A DNA stretch of 64,000 nucleotides from contig NC_086109.1 in the NCBI RefSeq assembly GCF_963921235.1, positions 30,754,001 to 30,818,000 of the forward strand, in the 5' to 3' direction. Under the pieces are notes generated by a model. It saw nothing but the letters and a program-made list of their open reading frames with translations. It made no database searches and was not told the DNA's origin. The stretch comes from Mobula hypostoma. Its lineage: Eukaryota. Below, one piece after another: positions 52,018 through 64,000 of the stretch. The position numbers and the translations under genes were made by a program. Position 1 is the first letter of the stretch. Each line of letters opens with the position of its first letter.

Positions 52018-52947
52018 GCAACACTCATAAAAGTTGCTGGTGAACGCAGCAGGCCCGGCAGCATCTCTAGGAAGAGGTACAATCAGCGTTTCGGGCCAAG
52101 ACCCTTCGTCAGGACTAACTGAAGGAAGAGTTAGTAAGAGATTTGAAAGTGGGAGGGGGGGGGGATATCCGAAACGATAGGAGAAGACAGGAGGGAGAGG
52201 GATCAAACCAAGAGCTGGACAGGTGATGGGCAAAAGGGATATGAGAGGATCATGGGACAGGAGGCCTAGGGAGAAAGAAAAGGGGGAGGGGGGAAGCCCA
52301 GAGGATGGACAAGGGGTATAGTGAGGGGGACAGAGGGAGAAAAAGGAGAGAGAGAAAAAGAATGTGTGTATATAAATAAATAACAGATGGGGTACGAGGG
52401 GGAGGTGGGGCATTAGCGGGAGTTCAGTGAAACCATCTCTCACTGCTCCCCATGTGTAATTTCTTTGGCTCTTCAACTTTTCAACCACAATTTGACCGAC
52501 TTACTCTAATGACCCCCCGCCCTCCGTACCCCATCCATTATTTATTTATATACACACATTCATTTTCTCTCTCTCCTTTTTCTCCCTCTGTCTCCCTCAC
52601 TGTACCCCTTGCCCATCCTCTGGGCTTCCCCCCTCCCCCTTTTCTTTCTCCCTAGGCCTCCTGTCCCATGATCCTCTCGTATCCCTTTTGCCAATCAACT
52701 GTCTAGCTCTTGGCTCCATCCCTCCGCCTCCTGTCTTCTCCTATCGTTTTGGATCTCCCCCTCCCCCTCCCACCTTCAAATCTCTTACTAGCTCATTCTT
52801 CAGTTAGTCCTGACGAAGGGTCTCGGCCCGAAACGTCAACTGTACCTCTTCCTAGAGATGCTGCCTGGCCTGCTGCATTCACCAGCAACTTTTATGTGTG
52901 TTGCTTGAAATTCCAGCATCTGCAGATTTCCTCTTGGTTGCGTGCTT
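52018..52947. mobile_element. Fold-back pair of Penelope-like 3' UTRs with two hammerhead motifs
   Basis: Minus arm about 52018-52425, spacer, plus arm about 52504-52947. HHR motifs at about 52082-52117 (-) and 52806-52841 (+). AAGTAGCAG at 52009-52017 and 52948-52956. Confidence 0.9.
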
Positions 52948-53669
52948 AAGTAGCAGACTGTATTTGTCAGAATTCTGCTGTATTTTTATGCATAGAAGAA
53001 ACTTAAAATTTATTATATTTCAATATATTATTATGAGTTTTAGTACACTATTGTAGGGTCATACAGAATGGAAACAGTCCCTTCATCTATCCCGACCACG
53101 ATGCATATCTACACGAGTACCATCTTCTTGCATTAAGCCCCAAATCCTTCTACTCCTTTCTTATTTATGTACCTGACCAAATGCATTTGAAATATTCTGA
53201 TTGTACCTGCCTGTACAACTACCTCTGGCAACTTGTTCACGGACTTGCTTGTCAGACCACAAACAATCTCTCCATTTCACTATGCAAACAACAAAGTACC
53301 TGGTACCAATCCCTGTGATTCTGATAATTAATAGGTGCAAAGTTCACTTGAGGTTTTGTGCTGTTTTCTAGGGAATGGATTGTGAGAAAATATCAGTAAT
53401 CATTATAGTGTACTGAATAATATTGTGATTTACAGTATAAAATTTTAAGCAATTTGGAAACAAATATTTTGGTATTAATAACTTTTCAAGAAAGATGTGA
53501 ACTTTATCTTTACATTGGAGTAAATGGTTCCAGAGTCACAATTGAAATGTCTTTACACTTTAAAGTGAAAAGTGTTTGGAAAATAGAGAAATAGTGAATA
53601 GCTGAGGTAGGGATTTGGGAAGAATGATAATCATGAGGTGTATCAATAAAACAAAGGTGTAAAATTTAA

Positions 53670-53975
53670 AGATCAGCTTTATTTTTCCCAAGTATATTGA
53701 AACATACAGTGGAATGTGTCGTTCTGCATCAATAACCAACACAGTCTGAAGATTGTAGTGGGAGGCAGTCTGCAAGTGTCACCCAGTGCCAGCACATCCT
53801 CACAATTTACTAATCCTAACCCATTTATCTTGGGAATGTGAGAGGAAATCGGAGCACCCAGAGGAATGCCACACAGTCATGGGGCGAAGGTACAAAATCT
53901 GTATGGACAGTGGTGGGAATTGAACCCCAATTGGTGATGCTGAAATACTGTCAGACTACAGATGTGCTACTGTGC
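53670..53975 (-). mobile_element. V-SINE/HE1-like SINE
   Basis: gggaatgtgagaggaaatcggagcacccagagg..acacagtcatgggg (reverse V-core) and gggaattgaaccc (reverse B box). Confidence 0.65.
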
Positions 53976-54510
53976 CACATGCATTGGAAATAAGTGGGAG
54001 AACAACATATTAACAGCAATTGCAGACGGTTCTGCATTAACAGTCAAAAATGCATATTTAAATGGACATAAAAAAGACAAGTTAATTAGACTTGCAAAGA
54101 TAACAAGGCTGCATGATTTGTAAATTAATATAATTAAGTTCATGTGAGTTAAAATGCTTGTTGCAGTAAGTATTTATAATAACAATTTATTAACTGCATT
54201 TATTTCACTAAATAAAATCAATATTTGGGTGCCCTTTTAATTTCTGCAATTATATTAGACACGTGAGGCTACAGATGCTGAAATCTGGAGCTACAACAAA
54301 AAGCTGGACTTAGCTGAAGAGTCTCGACCCAAAATGTCAACTGTTATTTCCCTCCACATATTGGACATTATTGATGAAGCAGATAGAAACCTGATTTTTG
54401 AAAACCATCTATTCCATGGACTCATTGTGACTTGGAGAAACCAAAGTAGACATGCTATGTTAAAAAGGTATGTCCATGGTTTGAAAAGTAACCTGACAAA
54501 AATAGAGCTT

Positions 54511-55185
54511 ACAGCACACACAGAATACTGGAGGAACTCAGCAGGTCAGGCAGCATCAATAGGAAGAAGTACAGTCAATGTTTCGGGCTGAGACCCTTCA
54601 TCAGAACTGGAGAAAAAAAGATGAGGAGTCAGAGTTAGAAGGTGGGGTGAGGAGTGGAAGAAACACAAGGTGATAGATCAAACCCGGGGTGGGGGGAGGG
54701 ATGAAGTAAAAACGTTGGGAAGCTGATTGGTTGAAGAGATACAGGACTGAAGAAGGAGAAAGTTGGCAGAGGATAGAAGGCCAGGGAAGAAAGAAAAGGG
54801 GGAGGAGCTCTGGAGGGAGGTAATGGGTGGGTAAGAAAATAAGGTGAGAGGGAAAGGGTACCTACCATCACCTCCCTCTGGTGCTCCTCCCCCTTTTCTT
54901 TATCCAGCACTTTATCTCTTTCGCCAATCAACTTCCCAGCTCTTTATTTCAACCCCCACCCCAACCGTTTCATCTATCATCTTGTGTTTCTAACACCACT
55001 TCCCCAACATTCTAACCGTGACTCCTCATCTTATTTTTTTTCTCCAGTTCTGATGAAGGGTTTCAGCCTAAAATGTGGACTATACCCTTTTCCATAGATG
55101 CTGCCTGGCCTGCTGATTTCCTCCAGCATTTTGTGTGTGTTGCTCGGATTTCCAGCATCTGCAGATTTTCTCTCGTTTGTGAATG
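54511..55185. mobile_element. Fold-back pair of Penelope-like 3' UTRs (older subfamily)
   Basis: Minus arm to about 54860, then plus arm. Cores cagttCTGATGAagggtctcagcccGAAAcattgactg (-) and cagttCTGATGAagggtttcagcctaaaatg (+). ATAGAGCTT at 54502-54510 and 55186-55194. Confidence 0.85.
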
Positions 55186-57447
55186 ATAGAGCTTGACCTT
55201 GGATGGCAGTGAGCTGCAGTAAGGATGGAAAAAGCACTCAGCTTCCACTCAACATTATGTCATTATTTCATCACTCTTATTTGATGAATTAATAATATTT
55301 AAGAATTAGTAATCTGCGTTAGGACTTTCCATGAATATTATTTCGAGCTGTTGTTCTGTGTTATCACCACAAAAACCAAACATCTCTTGTATTTGGTTGA
55401 TCGGTTGTTCATTGTAAGCGTATTGTTTTGTGCCTTTTAAGGTCAAGCTTGTATAGGATAAAGTTAGATGTAGAAAACTAACATGACTGCATTGTTTTAA
55501 TAATTCTTAGAAACAACTCCTCCCTCCAGACATGTGATTATTTTTTGAGTCCAATTATATAGGTCACTTCCACAATGAGACTCCAATGATATTTGTGCAA
55601 AAGGTATTCCCCTTAACTTTTCTAACCTTTTTCTTTGATTCATACATTAGTTTTTGAATTAATGGTAAAACAACATCTTGGTAGCAGCCATCTATCTATA
55701 TCCACCTCTGACATCATCAAATCTGGAGACCTTTTGGTTTCCAGACTGTAGAGCACAAAGCTCAGATGTTTAGAACATTATATAGCTGCTTCATAATAGG
55801 TCCCATCCATAGAAATAATGAAATGACCTGCTGTCAAAATTTTTAAAGGCTAATGAAATTAACCACAATAAAAATGTTACCAACTTCAAAACAAGTACAT
55901 AAACTCAATTAATTAAAGTAGTAAGTTTAAATTATTTAAAATGCACCCATGTCCCTTGTCATCTCTATTCGGTGAAACAAAACAAATAGTTTAAGTTACC
56001 CCAGGTCTAACCTCGTACAGATTCAGAGTAAGTGCTGAGTCCAACAGTGCATTGCAGTTGGCAAAAACCTGACAGGGTGCTCCACGTGAAGTTGCTGGTA
56101 TCTCTCAGGAGAATCCAGCCCCAAATTTATCCCCTTCTATTGCAAATAACATAATCTTTTCAAGATAATTTTCCTTCAATTTGACTAACAAAGGTCACTG
56201 AGATAAATCAATGGGGGGAGTTTTTTTGTTCTTGGGGTGCTTTTTGTTTAATGGAACAACCTGCTGCAAGGATTGCTATGGGGGACCAAAAAAGGAAGCT
56301 AAACCTTTACAAACTCAAAAGGACTTTTGAGTCCTTTTGAATGAATATATATTTCTACAAGCATGCTTCACATTGATGCTAAAGAAATATAGATGCAGAA
56401 ATCAAAAGCAAAAAAAAAACTCTAGTTGCTGGAAATTTGAAATGTAAGCACGGTTTTAACCCAAAATGTCAGCAATTCCTTTCCTCCCCCCGTGGTTGCT
56501 CAAAATGTCAAGTTCTTCTAGCAGAATGTTGCTAGATATATTCCACAGTTCAGGTAGGATCTGAGGAGAAATGGTGTTAATATTTCAAGACTTTTCATCT
56601 ACCTACCCAGATGATTTTTTTTTTCCTGGCATTTTTTTGGTTTGTTTTCCAAGGAAAGCAAGTTACATTAAGGTTTGCTGTAGTTTTCTTCAAATGTCCA
56701 CAGACGTAACTTATTATATTGTGCTAAGAAACATGGATCATATTAGAGTTCATTGTCAAAGTTCAATCCACAGAAAGTTTGTCAAATTTTAGCCAGGATA
56801 GATCGGAAAATGCGGTAGTAGCTGTTGTGTACATGGCTTTCTGTGTAAATGCCTTTTTTTCACATTTCTGTTGCTTTTGAATTTGTGTTAGCAATCAGCA
56901 ATTTAAGTCAAAAAGTTGCTCAGATTAGTATGCCTAATTCATCAAGCTCATAATGATTTAGTTGATGGACTAACTATTGCCATTATCATTTAATTACATT
57001 TATTGATTTGCTTTATTATAAATTAGGGGCAATTGTATGGAGTTAATAAATTTCATGACGCATGTCTGATTGTGAGTAGTAAACACTGTAAATTTACTCC
57101 ATGTATTTATTCTCTGTAATTTCTTGAGCCACTATATGAATAGATGGTTAGCTGTTTTATGAAAGCCATGAGAAATATAGTCAGGTCCGTGGAGGGGAAG
57201 CTGGTTTCCTTGATGTGCTGAGCTGTGTCCAATGCTGTCAGCAGTTTCTTGTGGTCTTAGGCAGAGCAGTTGCTATACTGAGCTGTGATGCATCCCATTG
57301 GGATGCTTTCAATGATGCATTGATAAAATGTCATTTTAGTACTAATTTTGTTCTTGCAGAACACTTCTTAGAACCTTAATTTTGTTTTAGATTGAATCAG
57401 TGGATGAAAATTTGTAGTGTAACGGATCTATATGAGCTGAAATAGAG

Positions 57448-57525
57448 CAGGGTTCCCCAACTTGGGGTCCGTAGACTCCTTGTTTAAAGGAATTGGCACA
57501 TGGCATAAGAAATGTTGGGAACATT
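57448..57525. mobile_element. Small hAT-like MITE (second copy)
   Basis: cagggttccccaac...ggcataagaaatgttgggaac; colinear with 45253-45335. Confidence 0.55.
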
Positions 57526-57529
57526 TGTT

Positions 57530-59400
57530 ATAGAAGCATAGAGGAATACTGCGTGGATACAGGCCCTTGAGTCTAATGAGTCCATGCCAAAATATGGTGC
57601 CTACTCAGCTCGTCTCAGTTTCCTGTGGTTGGCCCATATTTCTCTAATCCCCAAACTTTTAGGTACCTTTTTAAGTACTTCTGAAGTGATACGGTTGTAC
57701 CTGCATCAATCGCAAAGATCTATCCTGGCCAAACTCTCACTATAACTCAGACCCTCCAGTCCTTGTAACATTCTCATAAGTATTTTCTGCACTCTTTCCA
57801 GTTTACCCACATCTTTCCAATAACAGGTGACCAAGACTGTGCACGGTGCTCCACATGCAGCCTTACCAACAACTTGTATGACTGCAACATTATGTTCTAA
57901 CTCCTTAACTCAGTGACATGAGTGAAGACCAGCATGCTAAATGCCTTTATCACCACCCTGTTTGGCTGTGTTGCCATTTTCAATGAACTATGCACTTGTA
58001 CTCCTAAGTCTTAATTGTTCAATCACAATCTTTAGTGCCCCACCATCCTTAGTATCAGTCTTAGGAGAGTCTGACTTTACAAATATCACCTTGCACTCAT
58101 CTGTGTTGAAATCTGTTTACCACTCCTTGGCCCACTTCCCTAACTGGTTAACATTGACAACAGCCTTCACGATCAGCAACACCTGCTCTGCTGATCAAGC
58201 TCTTTGGATTTGCGTTCAAATCATTTATACAGCTGTGTGCAAAAGTCTTAGGCACATGTAAAAAAATTCTGTAAAGCAAAGATGCTTTCAGAGATGTTAC
58301 ATTTCATTATTTTTAAATCTCAAAAATATTCCAATAGAGAACATTAAAGAACTAAATCAAATTAATATTTGATGTGACTGCCCTTTGCCTTTAAACCTGC
58401 ATTAACTACACTGTCATACAGTTTTATTAGAAAATTGGCCCGTAGTTTATTCCAAGCATCTTGGAGAACTTGCCCCAGTTCTCCTGCAGATTTGTCTGAC
58501 TTGCTTGCTTCTGTCTCTCCAGGTAATCCCAGACAACCTCAGTGGTGTTGAGATCAGGGCTCTGTGGAAGCCATACCATCTGAAACCATATAAAATTCTA
58601 GGGTGCCTAAGACTTTTACACGGTGCTGCACGAATAACAAATAACAAGGGTCCCAACACTGACCCCCATGGCACACCTAATTACAGGCCTCCATTTTGAG
58701 AAACCACTTTCAACTTCCATCCTCAGTTTCCTATCTCTGAGCCAATTTTGGATGCACCAAACTAGCTCTCCCTGGATTCCATGGAACCTAACCTTCTAGA
58801 CCAGTCTATCATGTGGGACATTGTTGCTGAAATCCAGATTGACAACATTCATCAAAAACTCTGATTATCATTCACCTATCATTGCAGACCAATCTATTAA
58901 GTAGAACCATTTTGATGGCCTTGTTAAAATCCAAATGGACAACATCGACTGAAAACTCTCATTTACCTTTTTGGTTACCTCTTCAAAAGTCTCTAATGTA
59001 TGGCCTCCCATGCACAAAGTCATGCTGACTCCACCTAATTAGATTAGGATTCTACCAATATTTGGACTGTTTTGCCTGTCCAAATGCTTAAGGATCCTGT
59101 CCCTCTGAATTCCCTCCAGTAACTTCCCCAGTATTGATGTCAGGCTGAGCAGCCTGTAGTTCCTTGGCTTGCCTTTGCTACACTTCTTAAACAAAAGAGC
59201 CTCATCGGTGGCTAACAATGAAACAAATACAGTATCTCTCGACAAAGGCCTCTGCAATTTCCTCTCTTGCCTCCTACAAATCTGAGGATGCACTTGGCCA
59301 GGCCCTGGGTATACATCTACCTTAATACACTGTAGTCCTGCAAATAGCTCCTTGCTGGTAGAGTGCATGTCCTTCACAATATCTCTACATTTCCCTTGTC
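57530..59400 (-). mobile_element. CR1 LINE, degenerate, interrupted by a Tc1-like MITE
   Basis: PWGSVLGPLLF (ORF 58447..58674) and NYRLLSLTSILGKLLE (ORF 59039..59524). Confidence 0.85.
58230..58628. mobile_element. Tc1-like MITE nested in CR1
   Basis: TIRs cagctgtgtgcaaaagtcttaggcac / gtgcctaagacttttacacggtgctg; TA on the left. Confidence 0.8.
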
Positions 59401-60054
59401 CCTTGTGAACTGCTTTTATTTCAGATCTGAAGAATAATTGTAGTTTGACCGGCCATAATTTCATGGTGAGAGAGGCAGTTTGAGAAAAAGTTCTGAAAAG
59501 GCCTTGGTTGCTAGGATACCACATGCAGTCACTGGTTACGAAATTGGCTGGGTATTCCCTTGCATGGTTTCTGCCTATACTGAGCTCAGTGGACTTCAGC
59601 CTTGACTTGTTGGGAATGCAATGCTCCTCTACACATAAGTAAAGATTATAATATTATTCAGAAGGTACTATTGTTCACAATGTTCCAGCTAATTCTCTTC
59701 CCTCGTGGCTGTACACAATCAGTCCCGTAAGCATTGTTTTTCTTTGTTTTGTGCTTTCAGTTTTTTTTGTTCCTTTGAATTTTTGTTGCACTTTCATATT
59801 TTCTTTATTTTATTACGTTCCAAAGTGTAGAATTTTAATTGTTGCAATCAAACTGTAAGATTTGTGAGGTATTTTATCTGGTCAACTCGGTTCTTTGGGA
59901 GATCTGAGGAGGGTCGAGGGGCAGGCCTGTTGGCAACAGATGAGCTGCCGTGGCTCAAGCTGCTGCACCCATAAACCCAAATACTGTACCTATATTAAAC
60001 GTTCTTCCACTGGCAGCTGTGCATCAGTACTGGACAGTGATGAAGATATGCCAT

Positions 60055-60088
60055 ATCGTATAGTCTTTGTGGGCTAAGATCAAGTATA
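60055..60088 (+). pseudogene. Possible U2 snRNA 5'-end fragment
   Basis: GGCTAAGATCAAGT (60072-60085) is identical to U2 nt 19-32, with ATCG at nearly the U2 nt 1-4 spacing; the intervening bases match poorly. Confidence 0.35.
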
Positions 60089-60719
60089 TGGATAGATTTG
60101 GCAGCACTATGAAGGTGACTTTAGTGTTGAACTCTTAAACATAGAGAACTACTAATCCATCACCTGGTCACCATTCAGGTGCTATTTCAACAGAACCTGA
60201 CAGCAGTGATAAAGAGATTAAAGGTAACAGGTACAGTACTTGAAATATAACTTTCCCAATGGAAATCTGTAATGGTATAAATCGCACGGTTCTGCTTTTA
60301 CATGACATTCTGCAAAGTGTAGAATTTAGTAAAAATGGGCATCTGTTGATAGGTGAGGACTTGATTGGTGGAAGGATTTGTTTCCATGCTATATACCTCT
60401 ATGACTTTGACTCTAAACATGTGTCTGTATGTTCGCCCAATAAAGGGCAATTTAAAGATATTTACTTGGACTTAAAATTTGCACACTTGGCAAAGACAAG
60501 ATTTTGTCAGAGAGTCTAGGTGGATTCTAACAATCCTTGGCTGTTCTTTGGCATCCTGAACATGCGGCTCAATTACCTAATGGGCTTCCACTGGTTGGAG
60601 TCAACCATGGACGTTGTAGCCTGGCTGTCAAAGTCAATGCACACGCCAGTACATAAAGTCATAGAGGTATATAGCAATCCAGGGCATTACAATATGGAGA
60701 GCAAGCTGTTGCCCCTCTC

Positions 60720-62905
60720 CATAAGAGCATAAAACTTAGGAGCAGAATTAAGCCATTCAATCATGCTGATCCCGAATCCCACTCAACACCATAAACCTGC
60801 CTTCTCGCCATATCATTTAATGCCCTGACTAATCAGGAAACTAACAACTTCCGCTTTCGATATACCAATGGACTTGGCCTCCACTGCAATCTGTGGCAGA
60901 GCAATCCACAGATTCACCACTCTCTGGCTTAAAAAAAAAATCATCCCTACCTGTGTTCTAAAAGGTCGCCCCTCAATTTTGAGGCTGTGTCCTCTGGTTC
61001 AGGATATCCCCACCATAGGAAACATCCTCTCCACATCCAACTTGTCTAGACCTTTCAAGATTCATTGGGTTTCAGTGAGACCCCCCCCCCACAAATTCTT
61101 CTAAATTCCCGTGAATATAGACCCAAAGCTGCTGAATGATCCTCATATGTTAACCTCTTCATTCCCAAAATCATCCCTGAGAACGTCCTCTGGTCTCTTT
61201 CCAATGACAACACATCCTTTCTGAGATATGGGGCCCCAAACTGTTGACAATACTCCAAGTGTGACCTGACTAGTGCCTTATAAAGCCTCAGCATTATCTC
61301 CTTGTTTTTATATTCTATTCACCCTTGAAATAAATCCCAACATTGCCTTTGCTTTCTTTACCACAGACTCAACGTGTAAATTATTTTTCTGGGAGTCTTG
61401 CACGAGGACTCCTAGGTCCCTCTGCACCTCTGATTCTTGAATTTTCTCCCATTTGGATAGCGGTCTGCACTATTGTTCCTTTTACCAAAATGAATTATCA
61501 TACATTTCCCAACACTGTATTCCATTTTTCCATTTCTGCCCATTTTTCCAAATTGTTTACGTCTTGCTGCAGTCGCCTTGTTTCCTCAGCACTACCTACC
61601 CCTACACCTATCTTTTTATCATCCACAAACTTTGCCACAAAGCCACCAGTTCCACTATTGTTGACAAACATTGTGAAAATTAGCAGTCCCAATACTGACC
61701 CCTGAAGAACACCACTAGTCACTGGCAGTCAATCAGAAAAGACACCCTGTATTCCCAATTACTGCCTCCTGGCTATAAGCCATTCCTCTATCCATGCCAG
61801 TATCTTTCCTGTAACGCCATAGGATTTTATCTTGTTAAGAAGCCTCATGTGTGGCACCTTATCAAATGCCTTCTGAAAATCCAAGTAAATGACATCCACT
61901 ACCTCTCCTTTATCCACCCTGCTTGTTACATCCTCAAAGATCTCTAATAGATTTGTCAGACAAGGTTTCCCTTTACTGACTTTGACTTAGTTTATAATTA
62001 GTCTCCAAGTACCCCAAAATCCCCTCCTTAAGAATAGACTCCAACACTTTCTCAGTCACTGAGGTTAGGCTAACTGGCCTATAATTTCCTCCCTTTTGTC
62101 TTCCTCCCTTATTAAAGAGTGGAGTGACATTTGCAAAATTCCAGTCCTCCTGGACCATGCCAGAATCAAGTGATTCTTGAAAGATCATGACCAATACATC
62201 AGATATCTCTTCAGCAACATCTCTCAGGGCTCCTAGATGTAGTCTATCTGGTCCAGGTTGCTTATCCGCCTTAAGACCTTTGAGATGTCTAGGACTTTTT
62301 CCTTTGTAATAGCAATGGCACTCACTCCTGCTGTCTGACACACATGGCCCTCTAGCACACTTCTGGTGTCTTACACAGTGAAGAATGATGCAAAGTACTC
62401 ACTAAGTTCTCCTGCTATTTCTTTGTCCCCCATTTCTACCTCACCAGCATCATTTTCCAGTGGTCCAATATCAACTCTCACCTCCATTTGAATCTGTATA
62501 TAACTGAAAATATTCTTAGTATCCTGCTTTATATTATTATTGGCTATATTATAATATATTGTTGGCTAGTTTGCCCTTATATTTTATCTTTTCCGTTAAA
62601 GTTTTTTTTTAGTTGTCTTTTGTTGGATTTTGAAAGCTTCCCCATCATTTAACTTCCTACACTTTTGCTACCTTATATGCCTTTTCCTTGGCTTTTATGC
62701 GGTCCTTAACTTCCCTTGTCAGCTATGGTCGCTTACTCCTACCATTTGAGAACTACTTTCGTGGGACATATCTATCCTTCGCCTTGTGAACTAATCCCAG
62801 AAACTTCAGCCATCTCCGCTCTGCTGTCAACCCTGCCAGTATCCTCCTCCAATCCACCTGGGCAAGCTCCTCTCTCATGCCTCTGTAATTCCCTTTATTC
62901 CCTTT
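60720..62905 (-). mobile_element. CR1 LINE (relative of the 4212-7345 copy, more decayed)
   Basis: LRLYKALVRSHLEYC, QGSVLGLLIF..FVDD, NYRPVSLTSV, GNYRGMREELAQVDW. Confidence 0.92.
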
Positions 62906-63034
62906 CTCCAAACAGCAGATAATTCTAAAAAAATGGCAGAGACCTATACATTCAGGTACCAGTGGCATCATAGGAACTTCCGGTCAATGTTAAACTCAAT
63001 GTAGGACTTCCTTAGGGACTCTAGCTTTGATTTT

Positions 63035-63360
63035 TTTGTTGGCATTTACTCCTGAAACCTTTCCATGAGTGAGTATAGCCACAAGGCAGCAGAGGTTTGA
63101 GATCAGGGTTTTGCTTCTCCTAGCTGAGCTGCCAACCATGGCTGACAAGCCCTATCTGCCCAGGGTGACTGGTTTTAAGGGCCTTCGCCCCTTCTCCTGT
63201 CAGTTGAAATGGTTCTGCTGGCTAAGAAGCTAAGCTACACATGGCCAGGGTCAGGACTTGTTTGTCAGCGGCTATTTGAGACACATGGTAGTGGGAGCTA
63301 ATCCCTACTACTCCCCACCCCCGGCTCCACTCCCCCCAGCTATGACAACCTTGAGGAACC
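63035..63360 (-). mobile_element. RTE-like 5' UTR fragment
   Basis: gttttgcttctcctagctgagctgccaaccatggctgacaagccc resembles the reverse complement of RTE-clade 5' UTR motifs; recognised from memory only. Confidence 0.35.
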
Positions 63361-64000
63361 TTCGATTACTTAGTCATCTCTCTTTAGATTGGAATCTCCA
63401 AAGATGGATGTGGCATGATAGAGTTCAAGGGTTGCCTTCCATTCTTGTATGATTTAATAGTTTCTTCTGTATCCTCATGGGAATATGTGATGGGGAACAG
63501 AAGTCACTGAAGAAATAAGCACTTCTATAAAATATTATGCACACTAACATCTATTGTATCATGGTATTGTAATGCCTGTGTTTAGTTTGACATCAGATGG
63601 TGAATTGAGTGGCAAAGTCGTATTTGAAAAATGATGGTGAAGGTGCTGATAAGATATAAACTCAGGAATGTTATCAACATATTCCTATTCCAATATTACA
63701 GCAGATTTTTATTTCCCATATCAAGAGAGATATCTACTTTGTAATATCGTCTGTCTGACAATCAGCAATTATGCCATCTACATGGAAAGCTGTGCAGATT
63801 TGATTCAGTCACAGTCAGATATTGGATCCAACTATTGCTTGCATAGCCTTGTCCAAGGTGGAAATGACATAGGTAAGCATGTTATCTTCAGAAGATGTTT
63901 GGATGAGCATGTGTATACACCCATTCACTTTGTTCTAATTTGCTACATGCTGATGTCATGGCCAAGCCAGCTCGCCAATGCCTCTACGTCCTCGGAAGGC

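Noticed and set aside
58795..58965. ~110-bp diverged tandem duplication
   Set aside because: Internal rearrangement of a decayed CR1.
1..64000. CRISPR arrays, rRNA/tRNA genes, prokaryotic operons
   Set aside because: None seen; the sequence is vertebrate-like, and tRNA-like boxes occur only as decayed SINE heads.

Overview
This is AT-rich, repeat-dense vertebrate DNA. The repeat complement (CR1, Penelope-like, Rex1/Babar, V-SINE-like, Tc1/mariner MITEs) suggests a cartilaginous fish such as a ray or shark; that is an inference. Most of the window is retroelement debris. It includes a young near-intact CR1, two GIY-YIG Penelope-like elements (PLEs) and many PLE termini carrying minimal hammerhead ribozyme (HHR) motifs. 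It also holds two copies of a HERO-type restriction-like-endonuclease LINE, a 586-bp non-autonomous RTE-like element and several DNA-transposon MITEs. A CpG-retaining domain at about 33.9-44.7 kb contains a convincing first coding exon of an unidentified signal-anchor/signal-peptide protein (+, 42530-42623) and a weaker divergent minus-strand exon candidate. Main leads: (1) the HERO-like 3' UTR contains all three hammerhead core strands in a non-canonical, pseudoknotted order; (2) three fold-back pairs of PLE 3' termini are each flanked by a single target-site duplication (TSD); (3) a CR1 inserted into and split a hammerhead; (4) the RTE-like element has a long G-U-rich 5' hairpin. All family calls come from motif recognition by eye, no searches were run, and the boundaries of old repeats are approximate.
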